Shown here: piece after piece, positions 18,898 through 20,000 of the stretch
How positions within the stretch are numbered: position 1 is the stretch's first letter
Layout: each line of letters begins with the position of its first letter
Origin: Chiloscyllium plagiosum
Taxonomy: Eukaryota
Direction: 5' to 3'
Assembly (NCBI RefSeq): GCF_004010195.1
Contig: NC_057719.1
Coordinates: 1,992,994 to 2,012,993, forward strand
Length of the DNA stretch: 20,000 nucleotides
Position numbers and translations under genes: made by a program
Notes under the pieces: generated by a model
The model's database searches: none
Told to the model about the DNA's origin: nothing
Seen by the model: only the letters and a program-made list of their open reading frames with translations

Positions 18898-19095
18898 CAG
18901 TTAGCTGAGTTGGCTGGATGGCCAGGTTTGTGATGTAGAGTGATGTTTGTGATGGACAGTACTGGGTTCAATTCCCGCACCAGCTGGGGTTACCATCAAG
19001 GTCCTACTCCTCTCCCCTCACCTGAGGTGTGGTGACCCTCAGACTAAACCACCACCGATTATGTCTCTGTAATGAGAGAGGAGTCCAATGGTAGT
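18898..19095 (+). mobile_element. tRNA-derived SINE, family distinct from HE1
   Basis: Box A-like TAGCTGAGTTGG (~18902) and box B GGTTCAATTCC (~18966); body unrelated to the V-SINE copies. Confidence 0.6.
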
Positions 19096-19854
19096 GTTAC
19101 CACGTCCTCACATGGTGGAACAATAACAGAGTTATTGACACATCACAGTGATTGATCATTATCAATGAGCCTTAAAGAGACCCAGGCCTGGGAGGGGGGG
19201 GGAACGTGAGGAGTTTCAAACCCATGGATCTGGTCACCTGCTCCTGCCAAGCGAGCTGCACTCTACACATGACTTATCTCAAATGTTTCAGAGAACTGCA
19301 TCCCAGAGGGTTATATTCTGACAGGGTTGCATTTGAAGGGATAGGTGTTAACTGGTTTGACCTGCTGACTTTGCTCGAGAAACTGACTGCTCACTCACTG
19401 AAATGTTTTCCGCTGACCAGCTGACAGTGTCAGTGGTGGGCTGGGTTTGAGCACCAGGTCCTGAGGTCAATGTGATACCGGACACAGATCGGGACCAGGG
19501 TCTGCCACCACCTCCATTCTGAAAGCCCCAGCTGGAGGGCACTTGTGATGACTGAAGTGTTGCTGGGTCACTGACAGCGAGGGGCTGATAAACAGGGAGC
19601 TCCAGGTGTTACAGAGTTCACCTCTGTCTGATGACATCTGCAGATATTACTGGGCTAACGTTATTGAAGGGAGTTTATTCTGGCACATTGACCGGCTGGA
19701 GATATGGGCACCAATTGTATGCAAACACAGACTCAACACCATGTAGCAGCAACAGGAATTTTCAAACTACCAGCGGGTGTTTCCAAGATCAGGAATTCGA
19801 AGAGGTGTTTTGAATAAACTAACCTGTAACTTCTTCCCTGTTATAGCTGTCTCA

Positions 19855-20000
19855 GTGTGTTTGTGAGAGAGTGAGTGAGCGAGTGTGTGTGTGAGCGAGT
19901 GTGTGTGTGAGAGTGAGCATGTTTGTGTGAGAGAGTGAGTGTGAGAGCGTGTGTGTGTGGGAGACTGTGTGTGAGAAAGTGACTGTGGGTGTGTGAGTGA
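19855..20000. repeat. (GT)/(GA)/(GAGT) simple repeat, truncated by the window end
   Basis: Visible low-complexity repeat. Confidence 0.9.

Overview
Vertebrate genomic DNA; the repeat families point to a shark or other cartilaginous fish (inference). There are three N gaps (5705-6660, 14277-14703, 16052-16189). The only recognisable host gene is the last coding exon of NUDT14 (693-957, +). The rest is largely nested retroelements: CR1-group LINEs, HE1-like V-SINEs, DeuSINE remnants and two GIY-YIG Penelope-like elements (PLEs) of different types. There is also a 1.8-kb compound minisatellite. The most notable signal is a cluster of minimal hammerhead ribozyme (HHR) motifs in PLE terminal repeats. 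Two have intact cores (3495-3529 +, 14202-14236 -) and several are decayed. Two lie in short fold-back non-autonomous elements, one of which may be sense-oriented in the NUDT14 3' UTR. Other leads are a triplicated CTCF-like motif, an unexplained exon-like segment with RARR/KR processing-like sites, and a possible DeuSINE origin for the minisatellite. Repeat family names are from recognition only; no searches were run.
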